From positions 34,861 through 98,860 of the forward strand of contig CAZVRU010000002.1 of assembly GCA_964629785.1 (NCBI GenBank): DNA of 64,000 nt, written 5' to 3'. This DNA comes from an uncultured Planctomycetia bacterium. Lineage in GTDB: Bacteria; Omnitrophota; Gorgyraeia; Duberdicusellales; 4484-171. How positions within the stretch are numbered: position 1 is the stretch's first letter; each line of letters begins with the position of its first letter. The notes beneath the pieces are model-generated. The model worked only from the letters and a program-made list of their open reading frames with translations, did not search any database and was not told where the DNA came from. Both the position numbers and the translations under genes were made by a program. This document shows positions 40,211-50,178 of the stretch, in pieces.

Positions 40211-43200
40211 ATGAAAACACATTCTGATTTCGTCCATCTTCATGTTCATACCCAGTACAGCCTTCTTGACGGCGCCTGCTCTCTGGAGCGGCTGGTAGAC
40301 AAGGCTGTTCAATATCGTCTTCCGGCCCTGAGCATAACCGATCACGGCAATCTTTTCGGAGCAGTGAAATTTTACAGCCTCTGTCTGAAGAAAGGGATCA
40401 AACCTATTCTGGGAAGCGAGGTCTATATCGCGCCGGGGGGTCGTCTGAAAAAAGAAGGTAAGATCAGCGACGAGGGCAACTGCCATCTCCTGTTGCTGGC
40501 CAAAGATGAAGAAGGGTACTCCAATCTGGTAAAACTGATCAGCCTGGCCAACCTGGAAGGGTTTTATTATAAACCGCGTATCGACCGGGAATTGCTGCAG
40601 CGATATTCTGCGGGACTTATCGCCTTGAGCGCCTGTCTTAAGGGCGAGATCCCGACGATGATTTTGAGAGGCGATAGCAACGGGGCCTACAAAAAGGCCG
40701 ACGAATATCTGTCGCTGTTCGGCAAAGGGAATTTTTATCTCGAATTAATGGATAACGGCATGAAAGAACAGCAGAAGGTCAATGCCGAACTGGTAAAGAT
40801 CTCCCGCGATCTGAACATACCGCTGGTAGCGACAAACGATATCCATTATCTTAACCGCGATGAATCCTTTGCTCATGAGGTATTGCTCTGCCTGCAGACC
40901 CAGACCACTCTGCTCGATCCCAATCGCCTTAAATTTTCCAGCGACACCTTTTACTTCCGCAGTCCCCAGGAGATGAAGGAGCTCTTCCGGGAATTTCCCG
41001 AGGCAATAAAAAACACTATTGAGATCGCTCAAAAATGCAATGTGACTTTCGACTTTTCGCGTATTCACCTGCCGCACTTCCCTTTGCCGCCGGGCGAGGA
41101 GAGTGAGGATTCTTTTTTGCGGAAACTCTGTCAGGAAGGCCTTTGTCGATGCTATCCCGGCTCCGGTAAAGAGGTCCAGGAGCGGCTGGAATATGAATTA
41201 GGCGTTATCAGTCAGATGGGTTTTTCCAGTTATTTTCTTATTGTCTGGGATCTGATAAGTTTTGCCAAACAGGAAGAGATACCGGTAGGTCCGGGCCGCG
41301 GTTCGGCTGCCGGAAGCATCGTCAGTTATCTGCTGGGTATTACCGACATCGATCCTCTGAAATATCAGCTGATCTTCGAACGTTTTCTCAATCCCCAGCG
41401 TATATCCATGCCTGATATCGATATGGATTTCTGTTATGAAAACCGGCAGCGAATCCTGGAATATGTGAGCCAGCGTTACGGAAAAGAGAACGTGGCCCAG
41501 ATCATTACTTACGGTACCTTACAGGCCCGGGCCGCGGTCCGGGACGTGGGCCGGGTTATCGGCATGAGTTATGCCGAAGTCGACCGTATTGCCAAGATGA
41601 TCCCCCATGGATTGGGTGCGCAGATATCGCTGCGCGAAGCTCTCACGGCGAGCAGCGAACTGAAAACAGTTTATGAGGGGGATGAACGGGTCAAACGGCT
41701 TATCGATACGGCGATAAAACTGGAAGGATTAAGCCGCCATTCGTCGACCCATGCGGCAGGAGTGGTCATATCCGATAAACCGTTAATGGACCGTATTCCC
41801 CTGTCCCGGGGCAGTGAAGGTGAAGTCATCACCGGTATGGACATGTCGTCTCTGGAAAAGGTGGGCATGCTGAAAATGGATTTTCTGGGGTTAAAGACTC
41901 TGACGGTCATCGAACAGACCAAAAAGATCATCCGCCGGGTGCGTTCGATAGACGTTGATATCAGTTCGATACCGCTTGATGATGCCAGAACTTTTTCCCT
42001 GCTCTCCCAGGGCAACACCATCGGGGTATTCCAGCTGGAAAGCAGCGGCATGAGGGATATACTGCAGAAAATGTCTCCCACCGAGTTTCGCGATCTGATC
42101 GCTGTGCTGGCCCTTTACCGGCCCGGCCCTCTGGGCAGCGGTCTGGTTTCCGATTTTATCGAACGTAAACTGGGCAAAAAACCGATACGCTATCTTCATC
42201 CCCGGCTCGAGTCTCTGCTGAAAGAAACCTACGGGATAATTTTATATCAGGAACAGACCATGCGGATCGTTCATGATCTGGCCGGTTTTTCCCTGGCTCA
42301 GGCCGACCTGTTGCGCAAAGCCATCGGCAAAAAAATACCGGAGATCATGCAGGAACAGCGTTCGATGTTTATCGAAGGATGCAAAAAGAACCGTATTGCG
42401 CCGGCAGTGTCGGCCAAGATATTCGACCTCATAGAATATTTTTCCGGATACGGGTTCAACAAAAGCCACAGTACTGCCTATGCCCTGATCACTTACCGGA
42501 CCGCTTATCTGAAAGCCAATTATCCGGTGGAATTCATGGCCGCTTTGCTGACCAGTGAACGTACCAATACCGATAAAATCGTGGAGTATATCCATGAAGC
42601 CCGGCAGATGGGCATTCAGGTGCTGCCGCCGGATATCAACACCAGTTTCGCCAATTTTACGGTCACTGACCGGGATAATATACGTTTTGGTCTTCTGGCG
42701 GTCAAGAACGTGGGAGAGGCGGCTCTGGAGAACATCATTAATGTGCGCAAAGAGCGGCTTTTCGATGATTTTTTTGATTTTTGCCAGAGAGTCGATTCGC
42801 GGGCCGTCAACAAAAAAGTCATTGAAAGCCTGATCAAATGCGGGGCAATGGACAGTCTGGGCCTGCGCCGTTCACAGATGGCCACGGTCCTCGACGATAT
42901 CCTGGAAAAAAACAACCGTCGCTCCCGGGAGGACAGCCGGCAATTGCTTTTCTTCGAAGAACCGGCACCTTCGGCGGCCCGGGACATACCGGATATCGAG
43001 GAATGGCCTTTGCAGCAGATCCTTCAATTCGAGAAACAGCTTCTCGGCATATATCTGAGCAGCCATCCTCTGCATTCCTACGAGAAGATGTTGAAATTAT
43101 TCGGGGTCCGAAAAATAAAAGATCTTTATGATATGACCCGAAGCGAGGAAGTGATCGTCGCCGGGATAATCGAGAACGTGAAAAAACTGACTACCCGCCG

Positions 43201-43636
43201 GACGCGGGAAGAGATGGCGGTGATCAAGATCGAGGACGACACTTTTCATATCGAGACACTGTTGTTTCCTAAAGTGTATGAGGTCTGCCAGCCCTGTCTG
43301 ACATCGTCTACGGCAGTGCTTGTTCAGGGTACTCTGGAACCGAAAGAGAGGGTGCCCAAGGTCCTGGCCAACCGCCTGCTGCTGATCGACGATCTCTGGC
43401 CGCAGGTCAAAGAGGTCAAGATCAGCTTAAAGGATAAGACAGTAAATCTTAAAGGGCTGAAGGAGATACTGCTCGGCAATAAGGGGGACACTCCGGTAGG
43501 GTTCGTTCTGGATAGCAAAAAATTCCCCAATGTCCGGGTCAAGGCTTCCCAGAGTTTCCGGGTCCGGCTTGACCAGCAGGTGATCGAATCCATAGCCTCG
43601 ATAGTCGGCCGGGAAAACTTATCCTTGACACTTTAG
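40211..43636 (+). CDS. dnaE: DNA polymerase III alpha subunit
   Basis: It has the N-terminal PHP domain ('FVHLHVHTQYSLLDG'), the Pol III core and OB-fold. It is 1141 aa. Confidence 0.95.
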   Translation: MKTHSDFVHLHVHTQYSLLDGACSLERLVDKAVQYRLPALSITDHGNLFGAVKFYSLCLKKGIKPILGSEVYIAPGGRLKKEGKISDEGNCHLLLLAKDEEGYSNLVKLISLANLEGFYYKPRIDRELLQRYSAGLIALSACLKGEIPTMILRGDSNGAYKKADEYLSLFGKGNFYLELMDNGMKEQQKVNAELVKISRDLNIPLVATNDIHYLNRDESFAHEVLLCLQTQTTLLDPNRLKFSSDTFYFRSPQEMKELFREFPEAIKNTIEIAQKCNVTFDFSRIHLPHFPLPPGEESEDSFLRKLCQEGLCRCYPGSGKEVQERLEYELGVISQMGFSSYFLIVWDLISFAKQEEIPVGPGRGSAAGSIVSYLLGITDIDPLKYQLIFERFLNPQRISMPDIDMDFCYENRQRILEYVSQRYGKENVAQIITYGTLQARAAVRDVGRVIGMSYAEVDRIAKMIPHGLGAQISLREALTASSELKTVYEGDERVKRLIDTAIKLEGLSRHSSTHAAGVVISDKPLMDRIPLSRGSEGEVITGMDMSSLEKVGMLKMDFLGLKTLTVIEQTKKIIRRVRSIDVDISSIPLDDARTFSLLSQGNTIGVFQLESSGMRDILQKMSPTEFRDLIAVLALYRPGPLGSGLVSDFIERKLGKKPIRYLHPRLESLLKETYGIILYQEQTMRIVHDLAGFSLAQADLLRKAIGKKIPEIMQEQRSMFIEGCKKNRIAPAVSAKIFDLIEYFSGYGFNKSHSTAYALITYRTAYLKANYPVEFMAALLTSERTNTDKIVEYIHEARQMGIQVLPPDINTSFANFTVTDRDNIRFGLLAVKNVGEAALENIINVRKERLFDDFFDFCQRVDSRAVNKKVIESLIKCGAMDSLGLRRSQMATVLDDILEKNNRRSREDSRQLLFFEEPAPSAARDIPDIEEWPLQQILQFEKQLLGIYLSSHPLHSYEKMLKLFGVRKIKDLYDMTRSEEVIVAGIIENVKKLTTRRTREEMAVIKIEDDTFHIETLLFPKVYEVCQPCLTSSTAVLVQGTLEPKERVPKVLANRLLLIDDLWPQVKEVKISLKDKTVNLKGLKEILLGNKGDTPVGFVLDSKKFPNVRVKASQSFRVRLDQQVIESIASIVGRENLSLTL

Positions 43637-43663
43637 TTTGCCGGTGATACATTGTCTGTGATT

Positions 43664-43936
43664 ATGACAAAGCGCGATATTGTTCTAAAAATCAGTGAAC
43701 AGACCGGCATCAAACAGATCGTGGTCAAAGAGGTCGTGCAGAAGACGTTCGATACGATCTATGAGGCGTTGAAGAGCGGCAAACGCATCGAAATACGCAA
43801 CTTCGGTGTGTTTTATCTTAAACGCCGTAAAAAGAAAGTCGGACGGAATCCCAAGACCGGTCAGGTCGTTCCTATTCCGGAACGGACCACGGTTGCCTTT
43901 AAGCCCGGGCTGGAAATGAAGAACACTATCTCCTAA
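43664..43936 (+). CDS. HU/IHF-family DNA-binding protein
   Basis: It has 'MTKRDIV...RNFGVFYLKRRKKKVGRNPKTGQVVPIPERTTVAFKPG', including the signature arm. The start was taken at an internal ATG. Confidence 0.88.
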   Translation: MTKRDIVLKISEQTGIKQIVVKEVVQKTFDTIYEALKSGKRIEIRNFGVFYLKRRKKKVGRNPKTGQVVPIPERTTVAFKPGLEMKNTIS

Positions 43937-43951
43937 TTTTCTTCCTTCCCG

Positions 43952-45223
43952 ATGGAAAACAATCACCAAAACAGGGGGAAAGTATTCGAACATGTGAAGG
44001 GTACTGTCGACTGGTTTTCTACCCAGAGCCTTTTGTTTCGAAAGATCATGGATGATGCCGCTGATCTGTTCAGGGTCTACGGTTACGAAGAGATAAATCT
44101 CCCTTTACTGGAAGAGCAGGGAGTGTTCATCAGGAGCGTGGGCGAGACAACTGATATCGTTGAAAAACAGATGTTTAAAATAGAAGGCCGGGACATAGTC
44201 CTGCGTCCCGAAGGGACTGCCCAGGTAGTCCGGTTTTTCAACGAAAAAAATCTTCATAAACAGAAAGATATCCATAAGTTTTTTTATCTGGGCCCGATGT
44301 TCAGGGGCGAACGGCCGCAAAAAGGGCGGTTGCGTCAGTTTCACCATCTGGGATGCGAGGTGTTCGGCGTGCCCGGTCCTTATGGCGATGCTGAAGTTAT
44401 CATGCTGGCCCGGGCCATACTGGAACGCAGCAAGATCAAAGACGTGTCTCTGCGCCTGAACAGTCTGGGCTGCGCCGAAGACAAAAAACGCCTGATGGCT
44501 GTTTTGCAGAAGAAGCTGGAAAAGAAAAAGAGCTCATTATGTGAGCTTTGCCAGCGCCGCCTGAAAAAGAACCCCCTGCGCGTGCTGGATTGCAAATCCC
44601 GGACCTGCCAAAAGGCAGTGGCCGGACTGGAACTGGGTAAAAATATGCTTTGTGATCCCTGTCGCCAGCATTTTGAAAAGGTCTGCTTTCTGCTGGATAT
44701 GATGGAGATACCTTATACCTATGATCCGTTTCTGGTACGGGGGCTGGATTATTATACCAATACTGTGTTTGAGTTCATTGCTTCCGGCCTGGGGGCTCAG
44801 GACGCCTGTGGTGCCGGAGGTCGTTATAACAGTCTGGTGCGTCGTATGGGCGGCCCGGATGTGCCGGCTCTGGGGTTTGCCCTGGGCCTGGAACGGCTCA
44901 TGCTCCTTTGCGATAAATCTGTTTTGCCGGACCAGGCCGCGGTATACGTCGCCTGTACTCCGGATACGATGATAGAACACGCCTTTAAGATCACTTCTTT
45001 TCTGCGTCAGCAGGGAATACCGGCTGATTGCAGCCTCAAGCCCAAATCATTAAAAGCGCAATTGCGCAGTGCCGAACGAAGCAAAGTCCGGGCCGTGATC
45101 CTGGTAGGGGAAGACGAGCTAAAAGAAGGTTGCCTTGTAGTGCGAAATATGAGACAATCTACCCAGGAAAAAATCGCCTGTGACCAACTGGTTACGGTAG
45201 TGCGTCAGTTACTGACCCTGTAA
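43952..45223 (+). CDS. hisS: Histidyl-tRNA synthetase
   Basis: It has class IIa motifs ('FRGERPQKGRLRQFHQ', 'GGGRYNSL') and a C-terminal anticodon-binding domain. Confidence 0.9.
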   Translation: MENNHQNRGKVFEHVKGTVDWFSTQSLLFRKIMDDAADLFRVYGYEEINLPLLEEQGVFIRSVGETTDIVEKQMFKIEGRDIVLRPEGTAQVVRFFNEKNLHKQKDIHKFFYLGPMFRGERPQKGRLRQFHHLGCEVFGVPGPYGDAEVIMLARAILERSKIKDVSLRLNSLGCAEDKKRLMAVLQKKLEKKKSSLCELCQRRLKKNPLRVLDCKSRTCQKAVAGLELGKNMLCDPCRQHFEKVCFLLDMMEIPYTYDPFLVRGLDYYTNTVFEFIASGLGAQDACGAGGRYNSLVRRMGGPDVPALGFALGLERLMLLCDKSVLPDQAAVYVACTPDTMIEHAFKITSFLRQQGIPADCSLKPKSLKAQLRSAERSKVRAVILVGEDELKEGCLVVRNMRQSTQEKIACDQLVTVVRQLLTL

Positions 45224-45239
45224 GAAGAGAGGTTTTTTT

Positions 45240-46634
45240 ATGCTGCGCAGCCATACCTGCGGACAACTGAGGGAGAGCGATATCGGAACTACGGCTACTC
45301 TTTGCGGCTGGGTCTTTGCCCGGCGCGATCACGGTAAGCTTATATTTATCGATATTACCGACCGTTACGGCGTGACCCAGGTGGTCATTACTCCCAAACC
45401 TTTTCCCGATGCTTATGAGCAGGCCAGGCAGTTGAAGACCGGTGACGCCATAAAGGTAACCGGTGAGGTCAACCGCCGTCCGGGAAAGACCGAAAATCCC
45501 AGATTGCCTACCGGCCTGGTGGAAGTATTCACTCAGGCCATCGAAATACTGGGACCGGCCAGCGAACTTCCTTTTCCGCCGGAAGACGAGATCGAGGTTT
45601 CCGAAGAGGTGCGTCTTTATCATCGTTATCTGGATCTGCGGCGGAATTCGGTACGCGATAAATTCATTCTCCGGCATCGTTTTAATCATGCTTTTCGCCG
45701 GTTTCTCGACAGTGAGGGGTTTTTGGAAGTCGAGACCCCTTTCCTTACCAAATCAACGCCGGAAGGGGCGCGCGATTTTCTGGTGCCGTCGCGGCTGAAT
45801 CCCTGTAACTTCTACGCGCTTCCCCAGTCGCCTCAGCTGTTCAAACAGATTTTGATGGTATCGGGTTTCGATAAATATTATCAGATAGCGCGTTGTTTTC
45901 GGGATGAAGACCTGCGTAAAGATCGACAGCCGGAGTTTACCCAGCTTGATCTGGAAGCCTCTTTCGTCGATGAAGAAGATATTTATGCTCTCAGCGAGAA
46001 GATGTTCGCCTTTGTCTTTAAAGAAGTATTGGGCGTTGATCTGCCCACGCCTTTTCCCCGTATTTCCTATAAAGAAGCCAGGGAGAAATATAATTCGGAT
46101 AAACCGGATGTGGGAGAAGGACCGTATCGTTTTCTCTGGGTCTGTGATTTCCCGCTTTTCGAATATGATCAGGAACAACAACGCTGGGATCCGTCCCATC
46201 ATCCTTTTACCGCGCCTCATCCCGATGATCTGGGATTTCTGGGCGGGGATAACGCTAAAGTCAGGGCCCGGGCCTATGACCTGGTCCTGAACGGTACTGA
46301 ACTGGCCAGCGGCTCGGTAAGGATACATTCTCAGGAACTGCAGAAAAAAATATTTTCGCTGATCGGTATTTCCCCGGAGGAGGCTCAGAAGAAATTCGCT
46401 CATCTGCTGCGCGCTTTTCAGTACGGAGCTCCGCCCCATGCCGGTATTGCTTTTGGTCTGGACCGTTTTTACGCCATGATGACCGGTTCGGAAAGTATCC
46501 GCGAGGTGATAGCCTTTCCCAAAACGCAGAAGGGTTTTTGCCTGTTGACCGACGCGCCTTCTTCGGTGGCGCCGGATCAGCTGGCAGAACTTTTTATTGA
46601 TGTATGCGAGCAGGAAAAAGGAGGTGAAAAATGA
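45240..46634 (+). CDS. aspS: Aspartyl-tRNA synthetase, short form without the GAD insertion
   Basis: It has an OB anticodon-binding N-domain ('ATLCGWVFARRDHGKLIFIDI'), the motif-2 region 'FYALPQSPQLFKQ', 'QIARCFRDEDLR' and motif-3 'GIAFGLDR'. It is 464 aa. Confidence 0.88.
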   Translation: MLRSHTCGQLRESDIGTTATLCGWVFARRDHGKLIFIDITDRYGVTQVVITPKPFPDAYEQARQLKTGDAIKVTGEVNRRPGKTENPRLPTGLVEVFTQAIEILGPASELPFPPEDEIEVSEEVRLYHRYLDLRRNSVRDKFILRHRFNHAFRRFLDSEGFLEVETPFLTKSTPEGARDFLVPSRLNPCNFYALPQSPQLFKQILMVSGFDKYYQIARCFRDEDLRKDRQPEFTQLDLEASFVDEEDIYALSEKMFAFVFKEVLGVDLPTPFPRISYKEAREKYNSDKPDVGEGPYRFLWVCDFPLFEYDQEQQRWDPSHHPFTAPHPDDLGFLGGDNAKVRARAYDLVLNGTELASGSVRIHSQELQKKIFSLIGISPEEAQKKFAHLLRAFQYGAPPHAGIAFGLDRFYAMMTGSESIREVIAFPKTQKGFCLLTDAPSSVAPDQLAELFIDVCEQEKGGEK

Positions 46635-47131
46635 GATATACCGTGTTTTTGCTGATCCTGATCATGATGAGCGGCTGTCTGGTCCGTTCTTATACTGTGG
46701 AAAAACCGAGGGTCGATACAGATGTCTCCGGCAACCGGGGCTATCTTGCCGGTGCGCCGGCCGAAGAGCAGACGGAAATAAAAGAGACCAGGCCGGTAAC
46801 GGTGTTTGAGTTCGAACTGGGTTCGCACCGTCCGCGCAAAAAGAAAGCTGTTGCCGAACAACCGGCAGCAGTCGAAGAAGAGGCCGTGGAATCGTATATG
46901 GAAGAGGAAGTGGTGCTGGAAGAAGAAGTTTATCCGGTGATCGAAGAGACGGTCGAATCAGCAGAGGAGAACTACACTGTGCAGGAAAACGATACCCTGC
47001 AGAAGATCTCCCGGAAGTTTTACGGCACTACTAAAAAATATCTCCAGCTTTACGAATACAATAAAGACGTTCTGAAAAGTCCGGATAGACTGTATCCGGG
47101 GATGGGAATAAAGATCCCGGTACTGAATTAG
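46631..47131 (+). CDS. LysM-domain lipoprotein with acidic Glu/Val-rich linker
   Basis: It has a lipobox 'MMSGCLV' and a C-terminal LysM domain ('YTVQENDTLQKISRKFYG...YPGMGIKIP'). Confidence 0.7.
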   Translation: MRYTVFLLILIMMSGCLVRSYTVEKPRVDTDVSGNRGYLAGAPAEEQTEIKETRPVTVFEFELGSHRPRKKKAVAEQPAAVEEEAVESYMEEEVVLEEEVYPVIEETVESAEENYTVQENDTLQKISRKFYGTTKKYLQLYEYNKDVLKSPDRLYPGMGIKIPVLN

Positions 47132-47132
47132 G

Positions 47133-48125
47133 ATGGAGCGGTTACTGGAGATAGGGAACAAGGATTTCCTTAGATCGCTGTGCGGTGTGGCCGACCGCAA
47201 TCTCAAGGCCATCGAACAAAAAATCGGCGTGTCTTTGCTTATCAAAAGCCATGGCCTGCAGATTGCCGGCAAAGAAGGCGAGGTAAAAAAAGCCGCAGCT
47301 CTTATCAGCCGGCTTCAGACCCTGTTCAAAGAAGGGGTAGTACTGCAGGAAGAAGAGGTCGCGGCCATGGCTTCGGCCAGGTCCGGAGCAGAGTCTGAGC
47401 CTTCCCTCCGCATTCCTGTGCCTTCAGCACAGAAAAAATTCATATTTCCCAAAACTCCGGGCCAGCGGGAATATGTCAAGGCAATGAAAAAATCGGATAT
47501 CACCTTTGCCATAGGCCCGGCCGGTACGGGCAAGACCTATTGCGCCATGGCCATGGCTGTCAATGCTTTGATGAAACAAAAAGTCAGCCGGCTTATCCTG
47601 ACCCGGCCGGCAATAGAAGCCGGAGAGTCACTGGGTTTTTTGCCCGGTGATATGCAGGCCAAGCTGGGGCCTTATCTGCGGCCCCTTTATGATGCCTTGT
47701 ACGATATGATCGAGGCCGATACAATAGAAGAATATCTGGAAACCGGTATCGTGGAGATCGTACCCCTGGCGTATATGCGGGGCCGGACCCTTAACAATGC
47801 CTTTATCATCCTGGATGAGGCTCAAAACTGTACATCCGAACAGTTAAAGATGTTTTTGACCCGTCTGGGGTTTGATTCCCGGGCTGTGATCACCGGCGAT
47901 ATAACCCAGAGCGATCTTCCCGGAGGCAAACCGCTGGGGCTGCTTAAAGCTCTGGATATAGTAAAACCGATAGAAGGAATCACGACGATCTGTCTTACCC
48001 AGAAAGACGTGGTCAGACATCCTTTGATCCAGAAGATAATCGAAGCCTATGAGAAAAGCAGCGGCAGAAAAAAAGAGGGCCGGGCCCGCAGCAGCAGAAA
48101 AAAGAAAGGCAGCGAAGCCGTATAG
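47133..48125 (+). CDS. phoH: PhoH-like ATPase (YbeZ)
   Basis: It has a KH-like N-terminus and the P-loop 'GPAGTGKTYCAMAMA', with 'DEAQN' following. Confidence 0.9.
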   Translation: MERLLEIGNKDFLRSLCGVADRNLKAIEQKIGVSLLIKSHGLQIAGKEGEVKKAAALISRLQTLFKEGVVLQEEEVAAMASARSGAESEPSLRIPVPSAQKKFIFPKTPGQREYVKAMKKSDITFAIGPAGTGKTYCAMAMAVNALMKQKVSRLILTRPAIEAGESLGFLPGDMQAKLGPYLRPLYDALYDMIEADTIEEYLETGIVEIVPLAYMRGRTLNNAFIILDEAQNCTSEQLKMFLTRLGFDSRAVITGDITQSDLPGGKPLGLLKALDIVKPIEGITTICLTQKDVVRHPLIQKIIEAYEKSSGRKKEGRARSSRKKKGSEAV

Positions 48126-48158
48126 CTGCTGTTGACCGGCGAATAAAGAGGAGTCAAG

Positions 48159-49601
48159 ATGGCCAAAATGATTCAGAGTATTCTGGGAAAGAAAAGACGC
48201 AACTGGAGTCTGCTGCTGATTCCACTGGCTTTTTTTTCGGTCAGCGGATTTGTCTTTAAACTGTACGGGGTCGATTTTTCCCCTTTATTTCTGGCTCTGA
48301 TCCTTTTTGCCTATGCCAGATTCGTAAGGAAAATAGAAAAGCTGCCTTCCAATATAGACCTGCTTATTCTTTTCGGCCTGGCGGTGGTCATTGCTTTGCT
48401 TGTCAACCAGGTCGATCCGCTGCATAAGAATCTCGCCTATGGTATCTATGCCATAGGTTTTGCCATGCTGGTCACTCTTCTTTTCGATAACATGGAAATA
48501 TCCCTGCTTTTTTCCCTGCTCGTCTCTTTTTTGACCGCCAGTGTCGAGAAAGGCGATTTTACCGTGCTGATCTCTCTTTTCTGCGCCTTAGCCTGCGTGA
48601 GCATGCTCAGTTACCGTATCCGCCGCCGTTCCCAGATAATCAGGGCCGGTCTGCTCAGCGGTTTTGTCCAGTTTTTTATCCGGCTGGCAGTGGAGGACTA
48701 TCAGAATTTTTCCATGCTCAACCTGTCTGATATGTTTTTTTTCCGGACCTTTGCCCTGGACAGCCTGTCCTTTCTGGCCAGCGGTCTTATCGCCTCGGTA
48801 GTGGTCATCGGCGTTCTGCCGATCTTCGAATATGTGTTCAAGACCGTGACCAACATATCTCTGCTGGAACTTTCCGATTTTAATCATCCCTTATTGAGAA
48901 AAATGATCCTCGAGGCACCAGGTACCTACCAGCATTCTCTGGTGGTGGCCAATCTGGCCGAAAGCGCGGCTGAAGCCATTTCTGCCAACCCGCTGCTGGC
49001 CCGGGTCGGTTCCTATTATCACGATATCGGAAAAATACCCAAAGCCAATTATTTCGTGGAAAATCTGATACCTTACCGTGATGTGCATAAAGACCTTAAA
49101 CCATCGATCAGCAAGATGATCATCATGAACCATGTCAAAGAAGGCGCAGAGCTGGCCGCCCGTCATAAGCTGAATCCCCGCATAATCGATTTTATCGAGC
49201 AGCATCACGGAAAAAGCCTGGTCTATTACTTCTATCACCGGGCCAAGGAACTGGAGCCGGATAAAGAGAGAGAATATGAAGAAGAATACCGCTATCCCGG
49301 ACCGCGTCCTCAATCCCGGGAAGTGGCTATAGTGGCCCTGGCTGACGCTATCGAAGCTCTGTCCCGGACTATGGAAGAGCCTACGCCGTCACGCCTGGAA
49401 GAAATGGTCAGGGAAGTGGTGCGTAAAAAGTTCATGGAAGGAGAGCTTGACGAAAGCAACCTGACGCTCCGCGACCTGGAACGGATCACCCAGAGCTTTG
49501 TCCGGGTGCTCAATGCCATATTCCATACCCGGATAAATTACCCTAAAGATGAAAGTTCGACTAAAAAATCTTCAAAAGGCAAAGAAGATAGATCTGATTG
49601 A
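48159..49601 (+). CDS. 7TM-HD membrane phosphohydrolase (YqfF/HDIG family)
   Basis: It has seven N-terminal TM helices followed by an HD domain ('HSLVVANLAE', 'YHDIGK'). The phoH-HD-ybeY context is conserved. Confidence 0.85.
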   Translation: MAKMIQSILGKKRRNWSLLLIPLAFFSVSGFVFKLYGVDFSPLFLALILFAYARFVRKIEKLPSNIDLLILFGLAVVIALLVNQVDPLHKNLAYGIYAIGFAMLVTLLFDNMEISLLFSLLVSFLTASVEKGDFTVLISLFCALACVSMLSYRIRRRSQIIRAGLLSGFVQFFIRLAVEDYQNFSMLNLSDMFFFRTFALDSLSFLASGLIASVVVIGVLPIFEYVFKTVTNISLLELSDFNHPLLRKMILEAPGTYQHSLVVANLAESAAEAISANPLLARVGSYYHDIGKIPKANYFVENLIPYRDVHKDLKPSISKMIIMNHVKEGAELAARHKLNPRIIDFIEQHHGKSLVYYFYHRAKELEPDKEREYEEEYRYPGPRPQSREVAIVALADAIEALSRTMEEPTPSRLEEMVREVVRKKFMEGELDESNLTLRDLERITQSFVRVLNAIFHTRINYPKDESSTKKSSKGKEDRSD

Positions 49602-49977
49602 ACTGCGCCGCCGGATAGGCAAAGTCCTCTGCGCCCTGGGTCAAGAAGAAAAACAAATCGAGATCGTTCTCTGCGATAATCGCCTTATCCGGGAATTGAA
49701 CCGCGATTTTCTGGGCAAAGACAATCCCACGGATGTCATCGCCTTCCCCCTGGACGGAGAAGACTGTCAGGGGATATGGGGGATAGTTGTGATATCTGTG
49801 GAAGAAGCGGATATTTACAGCCGCGCCCATGGCCTTGCCTGGCAGGAAGAAATGTTGCGCTATATCGTTCACGGCATCCTTCATCTGCACGGCTATAAAG
49901 ATAAGGCCGCTGATGACCGGCAGCGGATGCGGCGCAAAGAAAACCAGCTGTTAAAAAAAGTAGAGAGTAGAGATTAG
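49549..49977 (+). CDS. ybeY: Endoribonuclease YbeY (16S rRNA 3' maturation)
   Basis: It has the zinc motif 'HGILHLHGYKD'. It overlaps the upstream gene by about 50 nt, so the true start may be downstream. Confidence 0.85.
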   Translation: MKVRLKNLQKAKKIDLIELRRRIGKVLCALGQEEKQIEIVLCDNRLIRELNRDFLGKDNPTDVIAFPLDGEDCQGIWGIVVISVEEADIYSRAHGLAWQEEMLRYIVHGILHLHGYKDKAADDRQRMRRKENQLLKKVESRD

Positions 49978-50178
49978 GGTGATACGAATGCAAATTGCAA
50001 CCTGCCTCGACGGCAAGGCGGGATTTAACATTTAGCATTGCAAAATTGGACTGTGGACTGTGGTCCGCTCGCCCTGAGCGAAGCCGAAGGGTGGTCTGGC
50101 GTCTGTTTTACTTGTCGCCTTCAGACTTGTCGACTTGCAACTTGTCACGTGTAACTTGCGACTTTTTCCTATAGGCCA

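Noticed and set aside
49985-50060. Sigma-54 promoter or NtrC-type enhancer suggested by TTGCA motifs (gcaaattgcaa, cattgcaaaa) in the ybeY-recO spacer
   Set aside because: No GG is present at the correct -24 spacing (TGGCAC-N5-TTGCW), so the resemblance is only to the -12 element.
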